Assembly: GCA_016787225.1 (NCBI GenBank)
Contig: JAEUUY010000021.1
Coordinates: 100,408 to 164,407 of the forward strand
Direction: 5' to 3'
DNA: 64,000 nt
Source of the DNA: Chitinophagales bacterium
Lineage (GTDB): Bacteria; Bacteroidota; Bacteroidia; Chitinophagales; JADJOU01
The notes below the pieces were generated by a model that had not been told where the DNA came from, did no database searches, and saw only the letters and a program-made list of their open reading frames with translations. Positions 10,224 to 20,015 of the stretch are shown here, piece after piece. How positions within the stretch are numbered: position 1 is the stretch's first letter; every line of letters starts with the position of its first letter. Both the position numbers and the translations under genes were made by a program.

Positions 10224-12980
10224 ATGAAGAAACTCAACTTAGTATTATTTTCTATTTTATTTATTGCATTATTAGGTTTTTTAGCTAGTCGTCCAATGAA
10301 CAACTTTGAGTATATGGCTGGTTATAAAAAGTCAAAGAAGTTGCCGCTAGAGACTAGAATAGAAGGAAGGGCAGAAGAACGCGCCAATCAATTACGCAAT
10401 GTAATCACTGGACAAGTGGAAATACAGGATTGGTACAATGCTCTTGCTGAAATCGAAAAACTGTCAGGTAATAGATTGCCTGCTAGAGGTGAGGAATTAG
10501 AATGGGAAGAGCAAGGTCCTAATCAGCAGTCTGGTAGAACCCGTGGATTCATTTTCGATAAAACCAAAGAAGGTAGAGTATACTGTGGTGGTGTCTCTGG
10601 AGGAATGTTCGTATCTGAAGATTTAGGACATAATTGGAAACCCGTTAAGAATATGACGGATATTTTCAAAGTGATGCCGATAGGATGTATGACCCAATCA
10701 AAGGATGGCGACATATATGTAGGTACTGGGGAATACTGGGGAAATACTCCAAACGCAGCATTTGGCTCACAATTTAATGGACATGGAATATATAAAAAGA
10801 AAGCAGATGAGGAAGAATTTACCCATCTTACGTCTACGATTAATGGGTCTTTGACAAATCCTTTGCCTTCTCAGTTTAGACGCGTTTTAGACATAGCTTG
10901 CCATCCGTTAGATAATAATATTGTTTTTGCCGCAACAGATCAAGGTATGCAAGTTTCTAAAGATGGTGGAACTACATGGACTAAATCTACAGCGGTGCCT
11001 AGTTCAGCAGTGATAGCTCAAGTAGAATTTTCGCATGATGCTACTGTTATTTACGCTGCATGGAATGGTAGGGTACATAAATCAACAAATGGAGGGGTAT
11101 CTTTCACAGATTTGATCGGCAATAATAGACCAGAATGGACCGCAGAAGGCAATCAACATGTAAGAATAGCTGTCTCTGCTACTAATCCAGAAAAGATATA
11201 TGCATGTGGTATCACTGGAACTCGTGGAGGTGACCTCAAATACGTTATTCTATCCGAAGATGGAGGTGCTTCTTGGGAGTTGATAGGAAGGTCAGATGCT
11301 AGCCTCAGTCCACTTTGCTCCTCTATGGGCTGTCAAGGTTTTTATGATTTATGTCTGGCTGTTCATCCTCGTGATGATAGGAAAATTTTCCTTGGGGGGT
11401 CTATAAGATCATATTCATGGTCTAGGAGCACCGGTTGGGTACAGGCTACTAATTGGACATCTCCTGCTTCATTAGGATCCAATTTAGTTCATGCAGATAA
11501 GCATGAATTTGCTTTTCACCCTACAAGACCCGATACCTTTGTAGTTTGCACAGATGGGGGACCTTATATAACTTTTAACTCTTTTTCTTCATTCCCAACG
11601 CCTAGTTGGAAACCAATCACTACCGGTTTAAATATAACTCAGTTTTATGATATGGCTGTTAATAAGTATGGGGAACTTGTAGGAGGAACACAGGATAATG
11701 GAACACAATTTATTACCCTTACAAATAATAATAATATTGGATTACAGATACTAGGAGGGGATGGTTTTGACTGCGCTATTTCTGCAGCTAATAATTATCA
11801 AACAGCTTATACTTCTTTGTATTTTGGGTCTGTATTTAGGACAACAGATCTTACGTCTGCTAACAAGTCATTAGCGGCAGGTTGCGTTTCGGAGAGAGGA
11901 GCGTTTTCAAGAGTTGCATTTCATACAAGACTTGGATTAGTAGAAAGAATCAAGGAACAACCAGGATTATTTGATGAAGTAGATAAGTCATTTCTTTTTA
12001 TTTTCAATTCATCTGGTGAGTATACCATTTCATCGAACGCTCACATACCAACCCAACCCACGGCATTTACAAATTGGGAAAATGCTGGTTTAGGTATTAT
12101 ATATGGAATTCATAGTACAAAGGATATCGGGACCGTATATTTATATGGTGCTGGAGGAGTTAGAAAAAATACAACACTCAAAGATTTAGACTCTTTTGGA
12201 ATAGATTTATCGGTTAGAAATCAACCTTGCCTGAAAAGACCTAATTTGGCATGGACTACTCTATCTGGAATTACAGGTCCTGTAGGTGGCTTGTACGTTC
12301 ACCAAACGAATGGGAATTATGTAGTTGCTACACAAATTGGCTTCGGCGGTACAAATAAGGTTTTTTTATCGACAAATGGTAGCAGCTTTGTAGGTAAACA
12401 AGGAAACTTGCCGGTGATGCCAGTTTATACCTGTGCCATAGATCCAGAGGATGAAAAACATGTGGTGGTAGGTACCGAATTTGGTATCTGGGAGACAGAG
12501 GATATCAGCGCTGCCTCACCTGTATGGCGTGAAGCTAATAAAAATATAGGACGTGTTCCAGTATTTAAACTTCGGGTAAATCACCTCAATGATGAAAATT
12601 GTACGGTACTATATGCAGGTAGTCATGGAAGAGGATTTTGGAGAGTTCCATTTCCTAAAAAAGGTTCTTCTATTTGTACTTATGAAAAGAAGGTGCGAAG
12701 CGGAATAGATTATATCAATAATGTAAACATTAAATTTGATATTTATCCTAATCCTACCACAGATAAGATAAATATATCGTTTGAATCTAAGATGGGAGCG
12801 AATTATACGATAGCCATCTATGATATAGCAGGCAGAGTTGTGAAGAGAATGGCATATCGTGCGATATCAGGTGATAATATGATCAATACCGATGTGAGTA
12901 ATCTAAATAACGGTAAATACATAGTTCGAGTCGAAGATGGAAACAATATCGTAGGAGGAAAGATAATTGTCAAGCATTAA
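10224..12980 (+). CDS. secreted BNR/Asp-box beta-propeller protein with T9SS C-terminal sorting domain, paralog 2
   Basis: It is a full-length paralog of 6921..9674 (918 vs 917 aa). The last ~245 aa are nearly identical and the rest is clearly more diverged. Confidence 0.75.
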   Translation: MKKLNLVLFSILFIALLGFLASRPMNNFEYMAGYKKSKKLPLETRIEGRAEERANQLRNVITGQVEIQDWYNALAEIEKLSGNRLPARGEELEWEEQGPNQQSGRTRGFIFDKTKEGRVYCGGVSGGMFVSEDLGHNWKPVKNMTDIFKVMPIGCMTQSKDGDIYVGTGEYWGNTPNAAFGSQFNGHGIYKKKADEEEFTHLTSTINGSLTNPLPSQFRRVLDIACHPLDNNIVFAATDQGMQVSKDGGTTWTKSTAVPSSAVIAQVEFSHDATVIYAAWNGRVHKSTNGGVSFTDLIGNNRPEWTAEGNQHVRIAVSATNPEKIYACGITGTRGGDLKYVILSEDGGASWELIGRSDASLSPLCSSMGCQGFYDLCLAVHPRDDRKIFLGGSIRSYSWSRSTGWVQATNWTSPASLGSNLVHADKHEFAFHPTRPDTFVVCTDGGPYITFNSFSSFPTPSWKPITTGLNITQFYDMAVNKYGELVGGTQDNGTQFITLTNNNNIGLQILGGDGFDCAISAANNYQTAYTSLYFGSVFRTTDLTSANKSLAAGCVSERGAFSRVAFHTRLGLVERIKEQPGLFDEVDKSFLFIFNSSGEYTISSNAHIPTQPTAFTNWENAGLGIIYGIHSTKDIGTVYLYGAGGVRKNTTLKDLDSFGIDLSVRNQPCLKRPNLAWTTLSGITGPVGGLYVHQTNGNYVVATQIGFGGTNKVFLSTNGSSFVGKQGNLPVMPVYTCAIDPEDEKHVVVGTEFGIWETEDISAASPVWREANKNIGRVPVFKLRVNHLNDENCTVLYAGSHGRGFWRVPFPKKGSSICTYEKKVRSGIDYINNVNIKFDIYPNPTTDKINISFESKMGANYTIAIYDIAGRVVKRMAYRAISGDNMINTDVSNLNNGKYIVRVEDGNNIVGGKIIVKH

Positions 12981-13004
12981 ATAAATTTTCATTTTTTAAG
13001 CAAG

Positions 13005-13038
13005 AAGGCAGCCGTAATGAGCTGCCTTTTGTTTTTTT
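13005..13038 (+). terminator. rho-independent terminator (duplicate of the one at 9699)
   Basis: AAGGCAGC-cgtaatga-GCTGCCTT is followed by TTGTTTTTTT. Confidence 0.7.
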
Positions 13039-13064
13039 AACCCATATAAGAATTTTATTCGACT

Positions 13065-13072
13065 TAGCTTTG
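13065..13072 (+). promoter_or_regulatory. -7 promoter box TAGCTTTG
   Basis: It overlaps the TTG start proposed by the ORF track (13070), so the ATG at 13097 is the likelier start. Confidence 0.4.
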
Positions 13073-13096
13073 TTTTATAAATTCCTCACTTTTATA

Positions 13097-13750
13097 ATGA
13101 AAAAACTGTATTTAGCATTAGGATTGTTTTCTTATATTTCATTATCAAGTCAGAATCCTTCTGATTTAATTCAATTCTCAGGTAACACTTTGATATCATA
13201 TAATGACTCTGTAGAGCCAGTTGCTTTTGTGACTATCAAAAATAAATCGCGAAGGTCTAGTGCCTATTCAGGGCCAGATGGTTTTTTTTCATTGGTAGTG
13301 AAAGGAGGAGACACTGTTGAGTTTTCAGCTGTAGGATTTAAAAAAAGTGTATTAATAATACCTGAAAATATAAAGCGCGATCGTTTTTTTGCAACGCAAG
13401 CTATGATTCGTGATACGAATAGGCTCAATACCGTAGTTATAGTTCCATGGAAAAATGTAGATGAATTGAAAAGGGCAGTTTTGGATTTAGATATTAGTGA
13501 AGATGACCTCGTCATAGCTTATCAGAATCTTCAATATGAGCGGTGGACCCAGATTCGCGATGGTATGATGCCAAGTCTAGCGGAAAATAGAGCAGGTTAT
13601 TTACAACAGCATAATCAAGATAATCTGCGATTGAGTACTGGATTGATGCCTGCTAATAATATCGCGAATCCATTTGCATGGGCCGAATTCATTAACTTTT
13701 TAGGGAGAAATAAGAAGAAGAAAAAAACGGTAGATACGGAAAAGTATTAG
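13097..13750 (+). CDS. carboxypeptidase-regulatory-like (CarboxypepD_reg) domain protein with signal peptide
   Basis: The signal peptide is MKKLYLALGLFSYISLSSQ. The segment FVTIKNKSRRSSAYSGPDGFFSLVVKGGDTVEFSAVGFK matches the CarboxypepD_reg fold motif. The start was moved to ATG 13097. Confidence 0.55.
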   Translation: MKKLYLALGLFSYISLSSQNPSDLIQFSGNTLISYNDSVEPVAFVTIKNKSRRSSAYSGPDGFFSLVVKGGDTVEFSAVGFKKSVLIIPENIKRDRFFATQAMIRDTNRLNTVVIVPWKNVDELKRAVLDLDISEDDLVIAYQNLQYERWTQIRDGMMPSLAENRAGYLQQHNQDNLRLSTGLMPANNIANPFAWAEFINFLGRNKKKKKTVDTEKY

Positions 13751-13751
13751 A

Positions 13752-14471
13752 CTAGAAAATCTTATAATAGTCTTTAGTCATATTCTTATACTCCTCTGAA
13801 AACAGACCATTTTCACCCTTGATAGTGATTTCTTCTGCTTCATATTCCATGTGAGAATGTCCTTTTTTTATCTCTAATAAAACTCTTAAAGGTGATTTAT
13901 TGAAAATGGTTTTTAGTGTCATAATGCGGGATATAAAGCTTTGATTTTTTAAAGCTATCCCCTTTATGATATTTAAATCATTAAATGGAATTATAATTGC
14001 GAGTACCCCGTTTTCTTTAAGACGTGAAAGTCCTATTTCTAGTAGAGTTTCATAGTCAAGTGTATCCGTGTACTTGGAAAGAATATTTCTAGGTTTGGTT
14101 GATTTCCATTTTGTTTGAAAATATGGGGGATTGGAAATGATAAGATCAAAGGTTTTTGTTGGATTTTGAATATTAAAATCCTGTAAACTTATATTTAGAG
14201 CGGACACTTGAGCTGCTTTATTGATGGCTATGTTCTCCAAAGTTAAATCATAAGCATTTTTATCTATATCGATGGTGAGGATATGAGATGATTTATCAAT
14301 TCTTTGAATTAATCCAAGACTTATTACTCCTGAGCCAGAGCCAATTTCCAGTATTTCAATATTAGGTGTTATCGTTACCCAGACCGTAAGCAAAACTGCC
14401 TCTGTATTGACTTTAAATACAGAGGCAGCGTTTTGTTTTATTTGAAATTGCTTGAACTGAAAGATTTCCAA
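13752..14471 (-). CDS. tRNA1(Val) (adenine37-N6)-methyltransferase (YfiC/TrmN6-like)
   Basis: The N-terminus FQFKQFQIKQ...VNTEAVLL, the SAM motif EIGSGSGVISL and the ISNPPYF (NPPY) motif are present. Confidence 0.75.
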   Translation of the reverse strand: MEIFQFKQFQIKQNAASVFKVNTEAVLLTVWVTITPNIEILEIGSGSGVISLGLIQRIDKSSHILTIDIDKNAYDLTLENIAINKAAQVSALNISLQDFNIQNPTKTFDLIISNPPYFQTKWKSTKPRNILSKYTDTLDYETLLEIGLSRLKENGVLAIIIPFNDLNIIKGIALKNQSFISRIMTLKTIFNKSPLRVLLEIKKGHSHMEYEAEEITIKGENGLFSEEYKNMTKDYYKIF

Positions 14472-16367
14472 TTATAGCGTAGGTATTTTAATTTTCTCCC
14501 CTTTCTTCAAGGGCTCGTTTTCTCCTTTATTATTGAGACTTTTAAGAACTTCTACTGGAATATTTAGTTGAATACTTGCTGTAACTAAGGTGTCTCCTGG
14601 TTTTGCTTCATAATAAGTATAGTTTTTAAACTTTGGATTAGATTCTACATAAACATAAATTTCTTGATCTACTTTTACATCAGTAGATTTGAGGTTATTC
14701 CATTCTTTCAAATCATTAATTGAACAGTTATATAATCTAGTTAATTGCATTAGGGTTTCACCTCTTCTAATTTTGTGAACCAACACATTTTCGGTAACTG
14801 CACTGACGGCTTGATCATCGCTTTTTGTTTTTGAATCTAGGGCGAACTGCGGTTTTACGATTGTTTCTGTTTGTTCGACTTTCAATTTTTTCCCTACAAA
14901 CAGATTTGATTGACTGCTTATATCATTCCATTCTTTTAAATCCATTAAGCTTACACCATATTTATTAGCTATGGCAGTCAAGTTTTCTCCTTTTCTAACC
15001 TTATGATAGATTGTTTTTTTCTGTACATCCGTTACTTTTACAATTTTATAGTTTGGAGACGAAGCGGTTGATAGTTTTTTAGGTTCTTCCTCTTCATCAT
15101 TTGTTTCAGATTCAGTTACAGGATTGCTAGCAAATGCCTTAGGGTCTCTTCTTGACAGAGTCGTCGCGATTTCTGATAACGATAACTTTTTATCGTCAGA
15201 AGGTTTATTATAACTAACTATGTTTGCAGCAGTTGCTATTGAGTTAGGTTCTGGTATTGAATTATTCGCCAATAATTCTTCAGAAGTAACAGGAGGAGTG
15301 AATGAAGGATTATAAATATATGGATCTAGTGCAAGTAAGTTTCTTTTCTCATTGAATTTTAATGCAAGTTCTTTAGGCATAACCAGACCGTAGCCAACAT
15401 CAACCTTAGGAATAATTCCTTTTTTCAATGCTGGATTGTACTTGCATAAATGTTCTTCGGTACAGCCGATTAACTCTGAAATGTATTTAAGGGATTGTTT
15501 GTCATAAACTTTTTCAATCTTACAAGCTTGGAAATTCAATAAAGGCTTACCCGGACTCAGTTTATATTCTTTGGCATAATGCATAGCATAGGCAATAGCT
15601 ATAAATGAAGGGACATAGTTTTGAGTTTCTCTAGGTAACCTGTGTTTTATCGACCAGAAATCATAACCACCAGAATTTCGAATTGCTTTATTGACATTGC
15701 CAGGACCAGAATTATATGCAGCTAGTGCTAATAGCCAGTCTCCGTATATATTATACAATTTTTTTAAGTAAATGGCAGCATGTTCTGTTGATTTATAAAT
15801 ATCACTTCTTTCGTCCACTAAGGAATTGATTTCCATACCTTCATGCTTAGCCGTACCATGCATAAACTGCCATAAACCTGTAGCACCTACTCTCGAACGA
15901 GCTTGTGGATTCAAGGCACTTTCTACAATGGCCAAATATTTTAACTCTATTGGTAGATTGTGTTGATCTAAAACCTCTTCAAATATTGGGAAATATGTTT
16001 TAGAAGCTGTCAACATCCTAGTCATGTAATCACGCTTTTCGTATAGGAAATATCGTATGATTCTACCTACTTCTGGGTGAAATTTCATAGGTATCGTAGC
16101 AGGGATTGCCAAAATTTTCTTATGCATCTCTTCGTCTGTATAATAAGGCAATTGACCTTTATCAATAAATATTTGCTGTCTTAGGGCTTCTTCATCTACC
16201 ACAGACTTATCTTTTAAAAGAAACTTGGTCGTTAATTCTTCTAATTGTTCATAATTAATATAGTTTTTCGTGTTTTCATCATAGGTGAAATTTCTGCTAT
16301 CATATTGAGAATTAGCTTGTAGAGCATACAATATGCTTGAAAATAGGACTATGACTTTTAGATTCAT
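14472..16367 (-). CDS. membrane-bound lytic murein transglycosylase (MltD-like) with C-terminal LysM domains
   Basis: The SLT catalytic region is LAIVESALNPQARSRVGATGLWQFM...AAYNSGPGNV. There are at least two LysM repeats (YHKVRKGENLTAIANKYGVSLMDLKEWN; HKIRRGETLMQLTRLYNCSINDLKEWN). Confidence 0.85.
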   Translation of the reverse strand: MNLKVIVLFSSILYALQANSQYDSRNFTYDENTKNYINYEQLEELTTKFLLKDKSVVDEEALRQQIFIDKGQLPYYTDEEMHKKILAIPATIPMKFHPEVGRIIRYFLYEKRDYMTRMLTASKTYFPIFEEVLDQHNLPIELKYLAIVESALNPQARSRVGATGLWQFMHGTAKHEGMEINSLVDERSDIYKSTEHAAIYLKKLYNIYGDWLLALAAYNSGPGNVNKAIRNSGGYDFWSIKHRLPRETQNYVPSFIAIAYAMHYAKEYKLSPGKPLLNFQACKIEKVYDKQSLKYISELIGCTEEHLCKYNPALKKGIIPKVDVGYGLVMPKELALKFNEKRNLLALDPYIYNPSFTPPVTSEELLANNSIPEPNSIATAANIVSYNKPSDDKKLSLSEIATTLSRRDPKAFASNPVTESETNDEEEEPKKLSTASSPNYKIVKVTDVQKKTIYHKVRKGENLTAIANKYGVSLMDLKEWNDISSQSNLFVGKKLKVEQTETIVKPQFALDSKTKSDDQAVSAVTENVLVHKIRRGETLMQLTRLYNCSINDLKEWNNLKSTDVKVDQEIYVYVESNPKFKNYTYYEAKPGDTLVTASIQLNIPVEVLKSLNNKGENEPLKKGEKIKIPTL

Positions 16368-16540
16368 TATGGGTTGATTTTAAAATTACTTTAAATTCTT
16401 GACCTACAAACTTAGTGTAAGAAGTCTTTATATTTCCTTTTTACTTAATTGTTAATTAACAAATATATACATTACTAGACAGTTTGCAATAAAAAAATCA
16501 AAATTATCTTCTGAATTTCAAGTATTCATAAAATCTGGAT

Positions 16541-16548
16541 TAGATTTG
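16541..16548 (+). promoter_or_regulatory. -7 promoter box TAGATTTG
   Basis: TAnnTTTG lies just upstream of dapF. Confidence 0.4.
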
Positions 16549-16571
16549 GCGCCTATTTTATGCATCTAATT

Positions 16572-17351
16572 ATGCAATTACGGTTTTATAAATATCAGGG
16601 ATGTGGCAATGATTTTGTGCTCATAGATCAGCGTAAAGCCATAGCGCTACTGACCATAGATAAAATAAAGTACTTGTGCGATAGACGATTCGGTATCGGA
16701 GGCGATGGCCTCATGGAACTTATAGAAAGCGACCGAGGAGATTTTGAAATGCGGTATTATAATAGTAACGGTAAAGAAAGTAGTTTTTGTGGGAATGGAG
16801 GACGATGTATCGCTCAGTTTGCAAGGGATTTGGGAATCATTCAGAAAAATAGTACAAAGTTTATCTTTAAAGAGAAAGTCTATACAGCAGATTATTTAGA
16901 GAACGGTTTGATTTCTTTAAAGATGCAGGACGTAAAGGGCATTGCCGAAATGGGTGAAGACCTTTATTTTTGCACGGGGAGTCCTCATTATGTACATTTC
17001 TCGCAAGATGTAGAGACAATTGATTTAATACCATATGCCAGAAAAATTCGGTATTCAGAAAAATTTCCCAACGGTATCAATGTCAATATTGTAGAAAAAA
17101 TAAATGATACGACTATCAAGATGAGAACCTACGAACGGGGAGTAGAGGATGAAACCTATAGCTGTGGTACAGGAGTCACGGCAGCTGCTATTGCCCTTCA
17201 TTTTAAAAAACTATGCTCAGCCAATATAATATCTGTTCTCACCAAAGGGGGCAGTTTTAGTGTCGAATTCGTAGAACAAAATGGTCTTTATACCAATATT
17301 CATCTTATTGGCCCAGCAATGAAGGTTTTTGAAGGTAGCATAGAAGTATAA
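16572..17351 (+). CDS. dapF: diaminopimelate epimerase
   Basis: MQLRFYKYQGCGNDFVLID, the two catalytic-Cys contexts (SFCGNGGRC, YSCGTG) and the length all fit DapF. The ORF track starts 4 codons earlier (16560), and either start is possible. Confidence 0.9.
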   Translation: MQLRFYKYQGCGNDFVLIDQRKAIALLTIDKIKYLCDRRFGIGGDGLMELIESDRGDFEMRYYNSNGKESSFCGNGGRCIAQFARDLGIIQKNSTKFIFKEKVYTADYLENGLISLKMQDVKGIAEMGEDLYFCTGSPHYVHFSQDVETIDLIPYARKIRYSEKFPNGINVNIVEKINDTTIKMRTYERGVEDETYSCGTGVTAAAIALHFKKLCSANIISVLTKGGSFSVEFVEQNGLYTNIHLIGPAMKVFEGSIEV

Positions 17352-17411
17352 AATAGAATGCTTCAAACAACCTTTTATCCATTTTCCTATTCATTATTAT
17401 TGTTTTTAATA

Positions 17412-17419
17412 TACTTTTG
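17412..17419 (+). promoter_or_regulatory. -7 promoter box TACTTTTG
   Basis: TAnnTTTG lies 38 nt upstream of the GTG at 17458. Confidence 0.35.
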
Positions 17420-17457
17420 CTTATCCAAATTTTTCACACAGTAAATGGTCTCAGACA

Positions 17458-18408
17458 GTGATTACGATATATCAAACCATAGACAACAAGCTCACCGAGG
17501 TAGAGGAGATGAGCAGTGGATGCTGGGTAAATATTTATCCACCATTTGACTACACAGCTATCAATGAGATATCTGAAAAGTTAGGAGTTTATATCGAATA
17601 TTTTACGGACGCCTTAGATATCGATGAGCAGTCGAGATATGAAGAGGATGATGATACTAAATTTATATTGCTGAACATTCCTGTCAGAAATGAACAACTT
17701 GTTAGGGATAAGCGAGCCAGTTTTATCACGATTCCGATTTCAATAGTGATAAAAGATAATATAGTTATCACAACATCGCTACATAAAAATCCCATCATTG
17801 ATAGTATTATTACGAAGTCGATACGTAAAAATTTATTTCATGATATTCCCGATTTAGTTTTAAATATCTTCGATAGAAATACCGACTTCTTTCACTATTA
17901 TCTAAAGCAGATCAATATTCGCTTCAATGATATTGAGAAAATTTTAGATACACAAGCTACCAATAAGGATTTCGTATCCATTTTGCAATTACAGAAATCG
18001 CTCATTTATTTTGAGACCAATCTCCGCTCGAATAACTTGATGATGGTCAAAATGAAGCGCACGAATTTTCTAGAAACCAGAGACCATGAAGAATATGATG
18101 ATTTTTTCGATGAAGTTATCATAGAAAATCAACAAGCCATTGAAATGACAGAAGTATATTCTCGTATTCTAGATAGTTCTATGCACACCATATCTACTAT
18201 CATTTCCAATAATGTGAATACCATAGTGAAACGCCTTACGGGAGCCACCATAATTTTGATGTTACCGAGTATCATCTCCGGACTTTGGGGGATGAATGTA
18301 CCTGTACCTTTTGGCTCTCATCCTTTCGGTTTTACTTTCATTACTGCCTTTACAGCCTTATTGATCATAGGTACAGTTTATTTATTTTTCAAGAAAAAAT
18401 GGATTTAA
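17458..18408 (+). CDS. corA: CorA-family divalent-cation (Mg2+/Co2+) transporter
   Basis: 316 aa. A GMN motif (GLWGMNVPVPF) sits between two C-terminal TM helices. GTG start. Confidence 0.8.
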   Translation: MITIYQTIDNKLTEVEEMSSGCWVNIYPPFDYTAINEISEKLGVYIEYFTDALDIDEQSRYEEDDDTKFILLNIPVRNEQLVRDKRASFITIPISIVIKDNIVITTSLHKNPIIDSIITKSIRKNLFHDIPDLVLNIFDRNTDFFHYYLKQINIRFNDIEKILDTQATNKDFVSILQLQKSLIYFETNLRSNNLMMVKMKRTNFLETRDHEEYDDFFDEVIIENQQAIEMTEVYSRILDSSMHTISTIISNNVNTIVKRLTGATIILMLPSIISGLWGMNVPVPFGSHPFGFTFITAFTALLIIGTVYLFFKKKWI

Positions 18409-18437
18409 CCCATATAATTCTTGTATAAAATTTTAGA

Positions 18438-20009
18438 ATGCAAAGCAGTCGTTTTTACTTACTGGGATTAGTTTTTTTGGAGGGAGCGGTTGTCATGGCT
18501 GCAGAGCTAATGGGGGCTAAATTGGTAGGTACTATCTATGGTAGTTCCCTTTATGTTTGGGCATCTGTTTTATGCATTACCTTGTTTGCCCTGACTTTGG
18601 GATATTTTTTAGGAGGTCTTCTATCTTATAAATTCCAATCAAAAGTTTTACTTACTGCTTTGACCTGCTTATTGAGTGGCGGACTGTTCTTAGCTGCTAT
18701 GCCATGGTTAAGTTTGAAACTAATGATTGGACTGTTAGACGGTGGGATTATTCTAGGTGCTATAATATCGTTATTCGCATTTCTTATGCCAGTGCTATGT
18801 CTATTGGGAATGACCACACCTATGTTTATTCGATTAATCAATGATGAAACGAAAAAAGCTGGTAAAACTGCAGGTTCAATCTATGCTATTTCTACATTTG
18901 GAGGCATTTTATCGACCTATTTATTTGGTTTTTATATCATGCCTAAATATGGAATTACCTGGCCTTGCTTTTACCTAGGTTTGTTTCTTACCTTGGTCGC
19001 TTTGCTTGGTGTTATTCAGTTAAAAAAAATCCGATTTATCTTGTTATTATTGCCATTTGTTTATTTATACTTAAACTATTCTGCAAAAAATAATGTTGGT
19101 GGCGATACCGAATTGGTTTATGAATCAGAAGGTATCTTTGGTCAAATTAGGGTAATAGACGCCCCTTTTGAGACCTATCTAAGAGGCACCCATATGGGTA
19201 GAACTCTTCTGGTCAATAATGTAGGTCAATCAACTGCCTTTCGTGATAACTTAAAATTCGATATTTGGGATTGGTCTTATTTTTTTCCCACCGTAGCTAG
19301 TGTCATTCCCAAAGGCAGCGATGCGCTCATAATGGGATTAGGTGGTGGTACTATTTTACATCAGTTCGATAGATTAGGTATGAAGATAGAAGTGGTGGAG
19401 CTCGATGAAAGAATTAAAGAAACAGCGATTCAGTATTTTGGGGTATCTCCTCTAGCAGATATAAAAATAGATGATGCTCGCCATTTTATCAATACAAGCA
19501 AAAAAACTTATGATTTGATTACCTTTGACATGTTTCTGAATGAAACTCCTCCTGCCCAGGTATTAACTTTGGAAACGTTCTTAAAAGTAAAGAACATGTT
19601 GAGACCAGAAGGATTATGGATTATAAATTATTTTGGATATACCACTGGTACTAAAGGCAAATCTGCTCGATCGATACTCAAGACATTAAAAGCAGCAGGT
19701 ATGCAGGTAGAAATATTACTAACCCCTAGCGAAGATGAATCGAGTCGAAATGTTATTTTTTTAGCTTCACATAAGAAGTTAGATTTTTCAAAAACGAATT
19801 ATGAAGAACAGGGATTGCCTAAAATTTCGGATATTAGAAAGTATTTTTTGAATCTAGAAGATTTAGATATGAACGATGCCGAAATATTGACAGACGCTAG
19901 GCCGCGTTTTGACCATATGTATATCGAACCTTCGCTCGATTGGAGAAAAAGAACTATTGAATACCAAATAAAGTCTATTTTAGAATCTCAAATTAACTTG
20001 ATAAAATAA
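18438..20009 (+). CDS. fused polytopic-membrane / spermidine-synthase-like (class I SAM-MTase fold) protein, paralog 1
   Basis: The N-terminal ~200 aa contain about 7 TM segments. The C-terminal part has LIMGLGGGT...VVELDERI...DDARHFI...YDLITFD, the spermidine/spermine synthase family pattern. Confidence 0.7.
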   Translation: MQSSRFYLLGLVFLEGAVVMAAELMGAKLVGTIYGSSLYVWASVLCITLFALTLGYFLGGLLSYKFQSKVLLTALTCLLSGGLFLAAMPWLSLKLMIGLLDGGIILGAIISLFAFLMPVLCLLGMTTPMFIRLINDETKKAGKTAGSIYAISTFGGILSTYLFGFYIMPKYGITWPCFYLGLFLTLVALLGVIQLKKIRFILLLLPFVYLYLNYSAKNNVGGDTELVYESEGIFGQIRVIDAPFETYLRGTHMGRTLLVNNVGQSTAFRDNLKFDIWDWSYFFPTVASVIPKGSDALIMGLGGGTILHQFDRLGMKIEVVELDERIKETAIQYFGVSPLADIKIDDARHFINTSKKTYDLITFDMFLNETPPAQVLTLETFLKVKNMLRPEGLWIINYFGYTTGTKGKSARSILKTLKAAGMQVEILLTPSEDESSRNVIFLASHKKLDFSKTNYEEQGLPKISDIRKYFLNLEDLDMNDAEILTDARPRFDHMYIEPSLDWRKRTIEYQIKSILESQINLIK

Positions 20010-20015
20010 TTACCT

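Noticed and set aside
6921-12980. A diversity-generating retroelement (template/variable repeat) as the explanation for the near-identical 3' ends of the BNR paralogs.
   Set aside because: There is no reverse transcriptase gene anywhere in the window. The few differences in the identical tract are not restricted to adenine positions. The identity also extends into the terminator, which fits gene conversion better.
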